Source: an uncultured Candidatus Saccharibacteria bacterium (lineage in GTDB: Bacteria; Patescibacteriota; Saccharimonadia; CAILAD01; GCA-016700035). From it: a stretch of 64,000 nucleotides of DNA. The translations under genes and the position numbers were made by a program. Below, piece after piece: positions 28,584 through 37,259 of this stretch. Position 1 is the first letter of the stretch. The number at the start of each line of letters is the position of its first letter. The notes under the pieces were generated by a model. It was not told the origin of the DNA and made no database searches. It saw nothing but the letters and a program-made list of their open reading frames with translations. The stretch is taken from positions 4,708 to 68,707 of the forward strand of contig CAYMMM010000001.1 in NCBI GenBank assembly GCA_964391595.1, in the 5' to 3' direction.

Positions 28584-29854
28584 TGCATATCTCGCAATAC
28601 AAGCATGAAGTCCGAGACATTGGCTGTAACTTTGTTGATATGGAGATGATCATGGAGTTTGCGAAGAGCTTTATAGCTACGATTTGCTTCTACCGCTTGA
28701 TGCGGATTGATTTTTTTACGCTTACATTGCGCGACTGACCACACACTATCGGCGATGGCTCCGGCAACTGGTACGTTGTCCTTGCCATCCGACGCGGCCG
28801 AGATTATGACACTATGCGCTGGCAGATGACCGATTGCAGACAACGCAAGGTCTTGATTTCGACCGCCTTTGCCGGGATGTGAAACAATCACCTCGGTTTC
28901 GCCACATGCGATGAGAGCTTCTCCTGGCTTCACTGCTTTCGCCATCGTAGGGCCGACGTGATTTGCGAGACCATTGACGTGCGTAGAATATACTCTTGGC
29001 TTATATCCTAGGGCGCGAGCTTTGCTTTTCATAGCCTCGAGAGTAGTCCTGCCGTGAGCAATCAGTATGTTGTGTACTTTTGCAAAATATCGTTTGTCCT
29101 TTGGTGTTTCGAGTAGCTGGAGATTTGGGAGACCATATTTCTTAATGATTCGTTGCGCTTGATTCCGCGTTGTTGCATCCATGACAGTTGGGCCTGATGA
29201 AACCATGCTCAGATCATCACCTGGTACATCTGAGATGATCAAACTGGCAACTGTTGAGGGATATGCATAGGCTGCCATGTGGCCGCCATGGAATAGCGAG
29301 ACGTGCTTGCGAACAGTATTGATTTCCTGAATGGTCGCGCCAGCGCGCAGTAAAACAGAACTAATAAACTGCAGCTCAAGACAAGTGAGTCCCCCGGGCT
29401 GGCAAGCTAGTGCTGAACCTCCACCACAGATTAGTGCAATGACCAGATCATTGGCTTGTGTTTGTTTAAGTAGATGAACCATTTGGTTGGTGGCTTTGAT
29501 GTTTTTTTGGGAGGGTAGTGGATGGGTTCCAGCGTAAGATCTGATTTTTTTGAGTCGACGCTTCGTGATGTCGATAACTATGCCGGACTTGATTCGGTGC
29601 ACGCCAAGGATGTGTTCGATATGCTTTGCGGCAAGCGATGAACCCTTACCAACGCCAACGACATAGATATCTTCATATTGCGTTAAATCAAAGGATTGCG
29701 GGCCAATCGTGAGGCGATCATGATCGAGGGACAGACTGTTTTCGAAAATTGTTTCGATTGATATCGACTCGTAGCCCGCCTCGATAATCTCGAGAGCATC
29801 TCGTCTGAGAGGTGTTTTCGCCAGGCTTTCGAAATTTTTGAGAATCATATCCAT
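28580..29854 (-). CDS. Glycerate 2-kinase (TtuD/MOFRL family)
   Basis: GTHPLP, CGGGSAL, NTVRKH, SDVPGDD, SSGPT, GET, GGRNQD, DGKD. Confidence 0.9.
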   Translation of the reverse strand: MDMILKNFESLAKTPLRRDALEIIEAGYESISIETIFENSLSLDHDRLTIGPQSFDLTQYEDIYVVGVGKGSSLAAKHIEHILGVHRIKSGIVIDITKRRLKKIRSYAGTHPLPSQKNIKATNQMVHLLKQTQANDLVIALICGGGSALACQPGGLTCLELQFISSVLLRAGATIQEINTVRKHVSLFHGGHMAAYAYPSTVASLIISDVPGDDLSMVSSGPTVMDATTRNQAQRIIKKYGLPNLQLLETPKDKRYFAKVHNILIAHGRTTLEAMKSKARALGYKPRVYSTHVNGLANHVGPTMAKAVKPGEALIACGETEVIVSHPGKGGRNQDLALSAIGHLPAHSVIISAASDGKDNVPVAGAIADSVWSVAQCKRKKINPHQAVEANRSYKALRKLHDHLHINKVTANVSDFMLVLRDMQ

Positions 29855-29899
29855 ATCTTAGCATAAGCATATTGGGAATATATTATCAATGCTGCCTAC

Positions 29900-31102
29900 T
29901 TATCCAACGAAGATCATAACGGCTGAGAGAATCAGACCGAAAATCGGGATGATCAGAGGTATAGATACGGCTGGTTGGCGTTTTGATGGGCGTAGCTTGA
30001 TTGCAATGAGGCTTGCATTCACGAGACAGAAGAGTGCCAATACGGCGTAGCTCGTGAGGCTCGCCAGCGAAACGATAGGGAGACTTAATGCTGCAACTGC
30101 CATAACTATCATGCTTATGACAGTTGCCAGCACGGGTGTCTGCGTTTTGCTGTGTACAGTTGCGAGGTGGGCATGTATAAGTCCTCGTTTCGCCATGCCG
30201 TAAAGAAGCCTCGATACGAGCACGAGGTGGACCAGTATGCCATTGATGGCCGACATGATGCCAATGACAGAAATCAAAGTAGCAGGTGTCTTCGTGATCC
30301 CTGTGAATATGTCGGCTAACGGGGTCTTTGATTGGGCGAGTGTATCGATGGGTATCGCGTGTGTCGCAACTATCACTACCAGCATATATAGTACGGTGGC
30401 GGAGATAAGGGCGATAATGATTGCTTTTGGCATAATGGTCGCTGCCGCGCGAGATTCCTCAGCTACATTGACGATATCTTCGAAGCCGATAAAAGCATAA
30501 AAGGCCAGAAATGCCCCACCCAGCACAGCCGTAGCGGGTACATTGAGTGAGAATGCAGCCTGATAACTCGTCGCGTCTGCAAGTATCCCTCGTCCGGCCC
30601 AGATGATCATCGCCAGCCCTAAGATTTCGAGGATAGTAATAAAAGCCGCGGCGCGCGAAGATTCCTTAATGCCATATGCGGCGATTGCACCAAGGCCGAG
30701 GAAGAGCAGAATGACGAGGAAAGGGGTTGGCAGGTTAACGAAGCTTTGAGTATAGCCCGCAAATCCGATCGCGAGAGTGGCGGACGAGAAGATTGCCGAG
30801 AGCAAGATTAGTATGCCGACGATTTGTGCGAGAGGTTTGAAGCGGAAACCTTCGTGCACGTAGGCGCTTGCCCCCGCGCTGACCGGATAACGGTGCGAGA
30901 GTTCCATATATGAGGCTGCTGTCAGCCCCGCGATGCAAGCCGCGATGATGAATGATAAAGGCGCAGCCTGGCCAGCCACCCCAGCAACCTTACCGATAAG
31001 AACATAAATGCCCGCACCGAGAACATTTCCGAGCCCGAAGAGGGTTAGGATGGGTAGTGTCACGCTGCGCTTGAGTGGTACGGATCGTTGTGCCATTACC
31101 AT
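29900..31102 (-). CDS. APC family amino acid permease
   Basis: GNVLGAGIY, FYAFIGFEDI. Confidence 0.92.
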   Translation of the reverse strand: MVMAQRSVPLKRSVTLPILTLFGLGNVLGAGIYVLIGKVAGVAGQAAPLSFIIAACIAGLTAASYMELSHRYPVSAGASAYVHEGFRFKPLAQIVGILILLSAIFSSATLAIGFAGYTQSFVNLPTPFLVILLFLGLGAIAAYGIKESSRAAAFITILEILGLAMIIWAGRGILADATSYQAAFSLNVPATAVLGGAFLAFYAFIGFEDIVNVAEESRAAATIMPKAIIIALISATVLYMLVVIVATHAIPIDTLAQSKTPLADIFTGITKTPATLISVIGIMSAINGILVHLVLVSRLLYGMAKRGLIHAHLATVHSKTQTPVLATVISMIVMAVAALSLPIVSLASLTSYAVLALFCLVNASLIAIKLRPSKRQPAVSIPLIIPIFGLILSAVMIFVG

Positions 31103-31153
31103 CTATTTTAGCATGAGTAGTATCAGGTGAAGGCTGTGGAATCCTGGATGAGC

Positions 31154-31411
31154 TTATTGTGCGATGAGCGTTAATTTTTCGCTGCGACTCAGTGTTTTTA
31201 TGCGAGCTTCTTCGCGTAGTGCAGCGCCCTTACCTGTCAGCCGTTGCGAATACACGAGCTGTACAGGTCTGCGTGATCGAGTATACTTTGCGCCCGCATC
31301 TCCCATATTGTGTTGGTTGATTCGCTTGGTAAGATCTCTGCAGACTCCAGTATAGAGGCTGTCGTCGCTGCATCTCACTATATACACCCAATATGGATGA
31401 GTGGCAGGCAC
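31154..31411 (-). CDS. GIY-YIG nuclease family protein
   Basis: VYIVRCSDDSLYTG...HN...GAKYTRSRRPV...EARIK. Confidence 0.92.
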   Translation of the reverse strand: MPATHPYWVYIVRCSDDSLYTGVCRDLTKRINQHNMGDAGAKYTRSRRPVQLVYSQRLTGKGAALREEARIKTLSRSEKLTLIAQ

Positions 31412-32754
31412 TACTCCGTTCGGAGGGCTTCGATTGGGTCGAGCTTAGCGGCCTTGCGTGATGGCAGCCAGCCGGCGAATATCGATACGATCATGAGGAT
31501 GCCAACCAAGCCAACGACTTCATACCATGAGAATATGAGTAGCGAGTTGCCTTCACCGAGATCAAGTTGCTTGGTGATCCAGGGATTAAGTGCTGCGCCG
31601 ACTGCAACCGCACCGAGCGAGCCAATGATGCCGCCGAGAAATCCAATCCACGCCGCTTCAAATCGGAAGAGTCGACCGATGTCACGTTTGCGCATACCAA
31701 GGGCTTTCATGAGTCCAATCTCACGTGTTCTCTGGAGAACACTTATATACATCGTATTGATGACACCGAAGACAGAAGCAATAATCGCGATTGCACCAAA
31801 CCCAGCCACAATCCCCTGTAATACTGTAATGAACTGCGTCAGTGTTTCTTGAGTTTCTTTGACGGACTGCGATATGTAGCCCTGTTCTTTGAATTTGTCC
31901 TGAGCTGCTTTGAGCGTAGCTGGGTCTTCACCATCTTTGATTTGTGCAAAGACGAACAGGTATTTGCGATAGTTGGCTGTCCCCTTTGTGGCGATATCTT
32001 GCAGGTCTCGAGCATCATCTTGGCCTACGAAGAGATACAGCTCGGTACCAGGCTGTACCGCAGAAGAGCGCTTGAGTACTGCGGATATCGTAAACTCCGT
32101 AGCGACAATCTCTTTTGCGGGATCGACGGATCCGGTTGGGCTAAATTGTGCCGTATTACTGGCGGGCTTAGCTACAGCCAAAGAAATCTTCTTACCTATA
32201 GCATCTTGTGGCGAATTGAAGCCGAGTACAGAGAGATAAGCCTCTGGTATGACAACATTTTTGTCGCCAAGTGGGCGCTGTATTTCTCCAGCCAAAAGCT
32301 CCGGCTTTTCAAATGGATTGACTGCCTGGGCGTTACCGAGGTATTTCTTCTGGCCATCACGAGTAATATATTCGAGACTCGCCGTGATATTTTCGCGAAC
32401 CCTCGTCACACCCTCGATTTGTTTGATCTTTTGTATATCATCATCGGTGATCTGTTTAATCTGCGTACTTGCTCCAGCGCGGATGACTGAAGTGGATGCT
32501 CCGCCGTCATATTCTTTTGGTTTAGAGTTATCACCCCGACCGAGTAGTGCCTCGTCATTGCCGACGATGAGTTCAGCTGGATCAAAATTGTCAGAGATAA
32601 TTTTATTCACATAGCTATTGGCACCATTGCTCGCGGCTAGCGTGAGGGTGAGCGCAAAAGTACCAACGGCGATAGCGAGCGCGGTGAGTATGGTACGCCC
32701 TTTGGCTGAGCGGAGGCTACGTCCAGAACGACGTATCAGGTCTCGTAATATCAT
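31411..32754 (-). CDS. ABC transporter permease (MacB/FtsX family)
   Basis: RTILTALAI, RTREIGLMKALG, PSRKAAKLDPIEALR. Confidence 0.93.
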   Translation of the reverse strand: MILRDLIRRSGRSLRSAKGRTILTALAIAVGTFALTLTLAASNGANSYVNKIISDNFDPAELIVGNDEALLGRGDNSKPKEYDGGASTSVIRAGASTQIKQITDDDIQKIKQIEGVTRVRENITASLEYITRDGQKKYLGNAQAVNPFEKPELLAGEIQRPLGDKNVVIPEAYLSVLGFNSPQDAIGKKISLAVAKPASNTAQFSPTGSVDPAKEIVATEFTISAVLKRSSAVQPGTELYLFVGQDDARDLQDIATKGTANYRKYLFVFAQIKDGEDPATLKAAQDKFKEQGYISQSVKETQETLTQFITVLQGIVAGFGAIAIIASVFGVINTMYISVLQRTREIGLMKALGMRKRDIGRLFRFEAAWIGFLGGIIGSLGAVAVGAALNPWITKQLDLGEGNSLLIFSWYEVVGLVGILMIVSIFAGWLPSRKAAKLDPIEALRTE

Positions 32755-33467
32755 TATTTTTTGCCCACTTTCTTAGCTTGCTTGAATTTACTCATGCCGA
32801 CTACTTCGCGAATCTCGCCGTCTTTCATGTATATTTTCAGTTCACATCTATCGGCAAGTTCTTCATCGTGCGTGACGATCACAAGTGTACACCCGAGTTT
32901 TTTATTGAGGTCAAAGAGTAGCTTAATAATGAGCTCACCAGTAGTGCTGTCGAGATTACCGGTCGGCTCGTCAGCGAAGATAAGCTTTGGCTTATTGACG
33001 ATGGCGCGTGCGATCGCCAGGCGTTGTTTTTGACCGCCAGATAGATTCGCAGCCAGTGAATTGATTTTGTCGAGCAAGTCCACTGCCTTGAGCGCTTCCT
33101 CTACCTTCTTGCGACGCTCACGATTTGGGACCTTTGCAATCTCGAGCGGGAGCATGACGTTTTGGTAGCAGGTTTGGTTTGCTTCAACGAAAAATGCCTG
33201 GAAGATAAAGCTCATCTCAGTAGCGCGGAAGCGGTCCATTTGCTTAGCTTTCATGCTTTGCAAGCTGGTGCCGTTGATAATTACCTCGCCACTCGTAGCG
33301 TGGTCGAGTCCACTCATGACATGCATGAGAGTCGACTTGCCAGAGCCAGATTTACCAATCACAGCTACCGTAGCGCCTTTCGGGATAGTTGTATTGATCT
33401 TATAGAGTGCGGTGAATAGATTTTCACCCTTGCCATAAGTTTTGGTGACGTCTTTTACTTCAATCAT
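32754..33467 (-). CDS. ABC transporter ATP-binding protein
   Basis: GKSGSGKST, LSGGQKQR, FADEPTGNLD, VTHD. Confidence 0.95.
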   Translation of the reverse strand: MIEVKDVTKTYGKGENLFTALYKINTTIPKGATVAVIGKSGSGKSTLMHVMSGLDHATSGEVIINGTSLQSMKAKQMDRFRATEMSFIFQAFFVEANQTCYQNVMLPLEIAKVPNRERRKKVEEALKAVDLLDKINSLAANLSGGQKQRLAIARAIVNKPKLIFADEPTGNLDSTTGELIIKLLFDLNKKLGCTLVIVTHDEELADRCELKIYMKDGEIREVVGMSKFKQAKKVGKK

Positions 33468-33527
33468 TAAAGTTAATTATACCAAACTTTTCTGAGACTT
33501 TTCTGAGCATGCCTAGCTAATCTGTAA

Positions 33528-34100
33528 TTAGTTGAAGCGAACGATCATCCAGCCAGCTACCATCACAGTCCAGGCAGCCCAAAACGCAAGATCATACCGT
33601 TTGGCGACTGCATGTGCGAGTAAGGTGCGTGTCGGTCTATGTGGGAAGTCCTCGACATTTAAGCGTAGCCAAACAAGGTTGAGTAAAATAACTGCCCCGT
33701 AGCAAAATATGCAGAAGATACACAGGCTACCGATCACGAACGTACTTTGCCAGAGATACCAAGCTCCGAAGAGCAAGAAAAAGACGCTTGCAGCCTGCAG
33801 GCTTAGGCGCAGATTGCGCGAGAGCTGAGCACCGGTCAGTCCGGCTAGTCCAGCGCCCAGTAGAACCGCAAAAAATGCCAGACACATGATAGCGTTTGAG
33901 AAGCCAAAGACCGAGGATTGCCAGGCACCGAAGACATTTGAGCAACTGAAGACACTATTGAGGTTACAAAAGAGGTCTTTCGTTGGTGCTTCGGCGTATT
34001 GGATGCGCTCGATAATTTGGATAAATGATGCTGTTCCGCCGACGAGTGCGGCACCGACGACTGTCTGCCAGAGATAGAGATGTTTCGTGGGCTTTGTCAT
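33528..34100 (-). CDS. Vitamin K epoxide reductase (VKOR) family protein
   Basis: CNLNSVFSC loop and CIFC active site. Confidence 0.88.
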   Translation of the reverse strand: MTKPTKHLYLWQTVVGAALVGGTASFIQIIERIQYAEAPTKDLFCNLNSVFSCSNVFGAWQSSVFGFSNAIMCLAFFAVLLGAGLAGLTGAQLSRNLRLSLQAASVFFLLFGAWYLWQSTFVIGSLCIFCIFCYGAVILLNLVWLRLNVEDFPHRPTRTLLAHAVAKRYDLAFWAAWTVMVAGWMIVRFN

Positions 34101-34139
34101 AACCCCAGTATACGCCCATCGGGGTTAGGCGTCTGCTTC

Positions 34140-34439
34140 TTAGGCTTCCGAGCTAGCTCCGCCGAGGAGTTGTTGTAGATCCTCCAGGATCCCCTGTCCA
34201 ATGCCTAATATTCCTGCCACCCAAGACTGAACGGTACCGAGTAATTGGTTGATATCGAGGGCGATATTGGTGTTTGAGGCCAGCTGGAAGATCGCCAGTG
34301 CACCGACGACGAGCACGACTGCGGCGAGTCCGAAGAGCGCAAATGCGGCGACCATCGCCACGACTCCGAGGGATTTAATCCTTGGATCCTTGAGATTGAT
34401 ATATTTCATCAGGCCTGCAAATTTTAGGGCTTTTTTCAC
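34140..34439 (-). CDS. Small membrane protein
   Basis: GTG start after GGAGG; long hydrophobic segment. Confidence 0.6.
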   Translation of the reverse strand: MKKALKFAGLMKYINLKDPRIKSLGVVAMVAAFALFGLAAVVLVVGALAIFQLASNTNIALDINQLLGTVQSWVAGILGIGQGILEDLQQLLGGASSEA

Positions 34440-34511
34440 ACTGCCTCCATATATTACTGGCTCATTGTATGAGAGTTTTCTAAGAATTTGCTGAGCGTTT
34501 ACGTATGGGCA

Positions 34512-34781
34512 CTAAAGTTCGGAGTCGGACTCGAGTGTCTCTTGGTTGATGCCGTTTGTCACGTTCGTGAAGCCGAGCCTGGTGAGGATTTGCGAGGACT
34601 GATGCGCACGTACACCCGAGCGGCAGTAGACGATGATCGGAGTGTCTTTTGCGAGATTAGCGAGTACCGGTGGGTTTGACTCGAGCGTACCGACTGGAGC
34701 GTTTATCGCCCCCTCGGCATGGCCGGCGGCATATTCACTCGGTTCGCGCACATCGATGATCGTTGGCTGGGTGGTATTCAT
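34512..34781 (-). CDS. Rhodanese-like protein
   Basis: IIDVREPSEY..GH..GA, YCRSGVRA. Confidence 0.93.
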   Translation of the reverse strand: MNTTQPTIIDVREPSEYAAGHAEGAINAPVGTLESNPPVLANLAKDTPIIVYCRSGVRAHQSSQILTRLGFTNVTNGINQETLESDSEL

Positions 34782-34906
34782 ACTTATATTATACTCTCCT
34801 CGCGCAAGCTACGTATCCTTACCAAGATATGCAAGAGCTTATTACATGCCTAGGTAAAGGCCAGACTATCGCGCTGGCCGGCGGGTCTCATGTGACCTGA
34901 GAAGTG

Positions 34907-35314
34907 TCAGAGGTACTGACCGGGAAAACTGTCTCCCTGGGGTTCTGAGCCGATCTTCTGGCGAACCCTCTCGAGTGTCTGCTCGATAATCTGCCTGCGA
35001 ATGGCTTCCAATTCTTCGCCGATGGCAGGGTGTTGCGTAAGGCGCATGACGATTTCTTCTAGTGCTTCATAGCCATCAACCTCATGGTATTCAGGCTCCT
35101 GCAGACCAAGCGCGACACCAAGATCGGATTCAAGCTTGGCAATCATGCGCTGGGCCTGCGGCGGTAGATCCATATCTTCTACTTCGAAGACTGTCAGGAT
35201 GTACGTACATGCGTAGAACGGTGTTGTACTTGTGATCTGAAAGATCTCGATCTGAGGCGGCATGAGCGCACGCGGCGTGACTCGAAGCTCAAACGTGGGT
35301 GTTAGATTGGTCAT
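34907..35314 (-). CDS. Hypothetical acidic protein
   Basis: ATG after GAAAGGGGAG; TTGACA-N17-CATAAT promoter at 35352-35380; terminator hairpin at ~34855-34880. Confidence 0.65.
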   Translation of the reverse strand: MTNLTPTFELRVTPRALMPPQIEIFQITSTTPFYACTYILTVFEVEDMDLPPQAQRMIAKLESDLGVALGLQEPEYHEVDGYEALEEIVMRLTQHPAIGEELEAIRRQIIEQTLERVRQKIGSEPQGDSFPGQYL

Positions 35315-35400
35315 GGACTCCCCTTTCGGGTGGTAGGTGCGAGGTGCAAGAATTATGTCAAATAATACTGACAGTGTCAAGCAAATTAGTCCATTTTTGA

Positions 35401-35429
35401 TTGACAATGTATGTACATACTGATACTGT
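35401..35429 (+). promoter_or_regulatory. Sigma70 promoter with extended -10 for the leader-phhA transcript
   Basis: TTGACA(35401)-N17-TACTGT, preceded by TGn; predicted +1 at about 35436-35437. Confidence 0.7.
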
Positions 35430-35436
35430 CAGACGT

Positions 35437-35514
35437 ATGAATATCTCATTTGGCAAGCGCTATTACGAAGTCCCCCACTATTCGGCGGACTATTTGCGCA
35501 TGTCATATATATAA
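35437..35514 (+). CDS. Tyr-rich leader peptide MNISFGKRYYEVPHYSADYLRMSYI (25 aa)
   Basis: 5 Tyr and 1 Phe codons; starts at the predicted +1; overlaps the antiterminator strand. Confidence 0.7.
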   Translation: MNISFGKRYYEVPHYSADYLRMSYI

Positions 35515-35563
35515 AACGAACTATTGTAACTACACAGACCGCCGAAAGGCGGTTTTTTTGTTT
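35457..35563 (+). promoter_or_regulatory. Transcription attenuator (protector/antiterminator/terminator)
   Basis: Terminator GACCGCC-GAAA-GGCGGTT+T tract at 35537-35559; TTCGGCGG (35481-88) is complementary to CCGCCGAA (35539-46). Confidence 0.75.
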
Positions 35564-35588
35564 CAGATCAATATTTATAGGAGATAGT

Positions 35589-36365
35589 ATGAAATCATCT
35601 ACACGACAATTAGAAATCATAAACCTAGCAACCGCTGCTCATGCCACTCCTGCCCACATTGTGTACACACCAGAAGAACATCGGGTGTGGGAGACCGTTT
35701 GTGATGCACTGATGCCTATCTGGGAAGCACGGGTTGCTTACGAGGTATTGATAGCTAGCGCGCGACTAAACTTACCCACCGGGTCGATCCCGCAACTGAC
35801 GGATGTATCGCGCGCACTTGAGTGTGTAAGTGGTTTTGAATTTCGGGCAGTGGGAGGACTGGCTCCGCGCGAAGAATTCTTTGGCAATCTAGCCCATAAA
35901 CGCTTCTTGTCTACCCAGTACATTCGAGATGCGCAGACACCGTTTTACACCGAGCAGCCCGACATCATCCATGAAGTAATTGGGCATGCGACCTTACTAG
36001 CCGATCCGCAGCTGGCTGAGCTGCATCGCTTGGCTGGAAAAGCATTAATATCTGTAGAGACCGAATCGGCTAAGCAGTTCATCGCAAATGTCTGGTGGTT
36101 TTCGGGAGAATTTGGCCTGGTGCGCCAAAGTGATGGCATTCGTGCTGTTGGAGCAGGGCTTCTATCATCAGTGCATGAGCTGCAGAATATGCTGCAAGCT
36201 AAGCTCGTCCCGATGGACCCGACTGTCATGGGTCATACTTCGTATGACATTGATCAGCTTCAGACTACGCTCTTCGTGGCTGAATCGATGGCGCAGTTTG
36301 TGCAGCTCATCGGTGACTTTTTTAGGAAAGTGGATGACCAGATGATTGCCGAGATTATGATGTGA
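35589..36365 (+). CDS. phhA: Phenylalanine 4-hydroxylase (pterin-dependent aromatic amino acid hydroxylase)
   Basis: IPQL, STQYIR, PDIIHEVIGH iron ligands, EFGL, GAGLLSS; SD AGGAG. Confidence 0.88.
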   Translation: MKSSTRQLEIINLATAAHATPAHIVYTPEEHRVWETVCDALMPIWEARVAYEVLIASARLNLPTGSIPQLTDVSRALECVSGFEFRAVGGLAPREEFFGNLAHKRFLSTQYIRDAQTPFYTEQPDIIHEVIGHATLLADPQLAELHRLAGKALISVETESAKQFIANVWWFSGEFGLVRQSDGIRAVGAGLLSSVHELQNMLQAKLVPMDPTVMGHTSYDIDQLQTTLFVAESMAQFVQLIGDFFRKVDDQMIAEIMM

Positions 36366-36396
36366 ATGAAAAGGCATCCATTGCTTCAGATAATCT

Positions 36397-36822
36397 TTAG
36401 ATAGCAACTGGGAAGCTGCGGACAAAATCTGACAGTTGATTTGGATCTTTGTGAAAGTTTACGAGGATGTGATTGTCCAGGGCATTGTGCTTAATAAGTG
36501 TTTCGCGCTCGATCGTGTACAGATCGTCGTCAAACCAAAGGAATGGTTTTGTAAAATCAATCCCCTCAGTCTTCCAGGTGCCCCACTCGCTATCTTTGAT
36601 GAGATGTAGACGTTGCGCCACCTCTGGCTTGAGGTACGGCGCGAGGTGTGCGATGGCGTTACTCTCGCCGTGCCATTGGTGGGTAGTTAGCCAGTACGTT
36701 GTATCGGGATAACGGTCGAGCACGAGACTGAGAAATTCATTCGCATATGGAGCAGCCTCGCCAATGTCCATTAGAAGTACGCCATCTATATCGAGATAGA
36801 TATTAGGCGTATGCTTACTCAT
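36397..36822 (-). CDS. HAD-like domain protein
   Basis: YLDIDGVL...WLTT...K...WFDDD. Confidence 0.75.
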   Translation of the reverse strand: MSKHTPNIYLDIDGVLLMDIGEAAPYANEFLSLVLDRYPDTTYWLTTHQWHGESNAIAHLAPYLKPEVAQRLHLIKDSEWGTWKTEGIDFTKPFLWFDDDLYTIERETLIKHNALDNHILVNFHKDPNQLSDFVRSFPVAI

Positions 36823-37242
36823 CTATTGCCTACTTTGCCAATAGTCCCAATATTTTTCAAATGCTCTGGTTTGAGCATCAACTACTATAAACCTCGTGAC
36901 AAGTATTCCGATAACCACAAGAGCGATCAGTAAAAGTATCGAAATATGAAGTACTAGGATACCTATAAATAGAATAACTAATGTTATTAAAATAATTGCT
37001 TTACCTTGCTCAAGCTCCTCCTGCGGAGCCCATATCATTTTTTGATAGGATTTGTTATTCGCATGTTCTCCAGATGGGGCGGTTGAGTACAATTTACTCA
37101 CTTTCTATTACTCCCTTAATTAGCCTTTATTATAGGCTTAAATATTATCTCATAGAAGCGTTTGATTATTGTGATTATATTCAGGGATTTTTTGACAATA
37201 TCTATCAGTAGTACGCCATCGATATCGAGATAGATATTAGGC
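36776..37242. repeat. 33-bp direct repeat (36776-36808 and 37210-37242, 1 mismatch)
   Basis: AGTACGCCATC(T/G)ATATCGAGATAGATATTAGGC. Confidence 0.9.
36823..37101 (-). CDS. Small AT-rich membrane protein
   Basis: GTG start after AGGGAG; hydrophobic hairpin. Confidence 0.6.
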   Translation of the reverse strand: MSKLYSTAPSGEHANNKSYQKMIWAPQEELEQGKAIILITLVILFIGILVLHISILLLIALVVIGILVTRFIVVDAQTRAFEKYWDYWQSRQ

Positions 37243-37259
37243 TTCGTCTCGTTGCTCAT
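37116..37259 (-). pseudogene. Truncated 5' copy of the HAD-like gene
   Basis: MSNETKPNIYLDIDGVLLIDI, then unrelated AT-rich sequence. Confidence 0.7.

Noticed and set aside
31154-31411. GIY-YIG protein as a homing endonuclease or mobile element
   Set aside because: Short stand-alone UPF0213-type protein with no intron context
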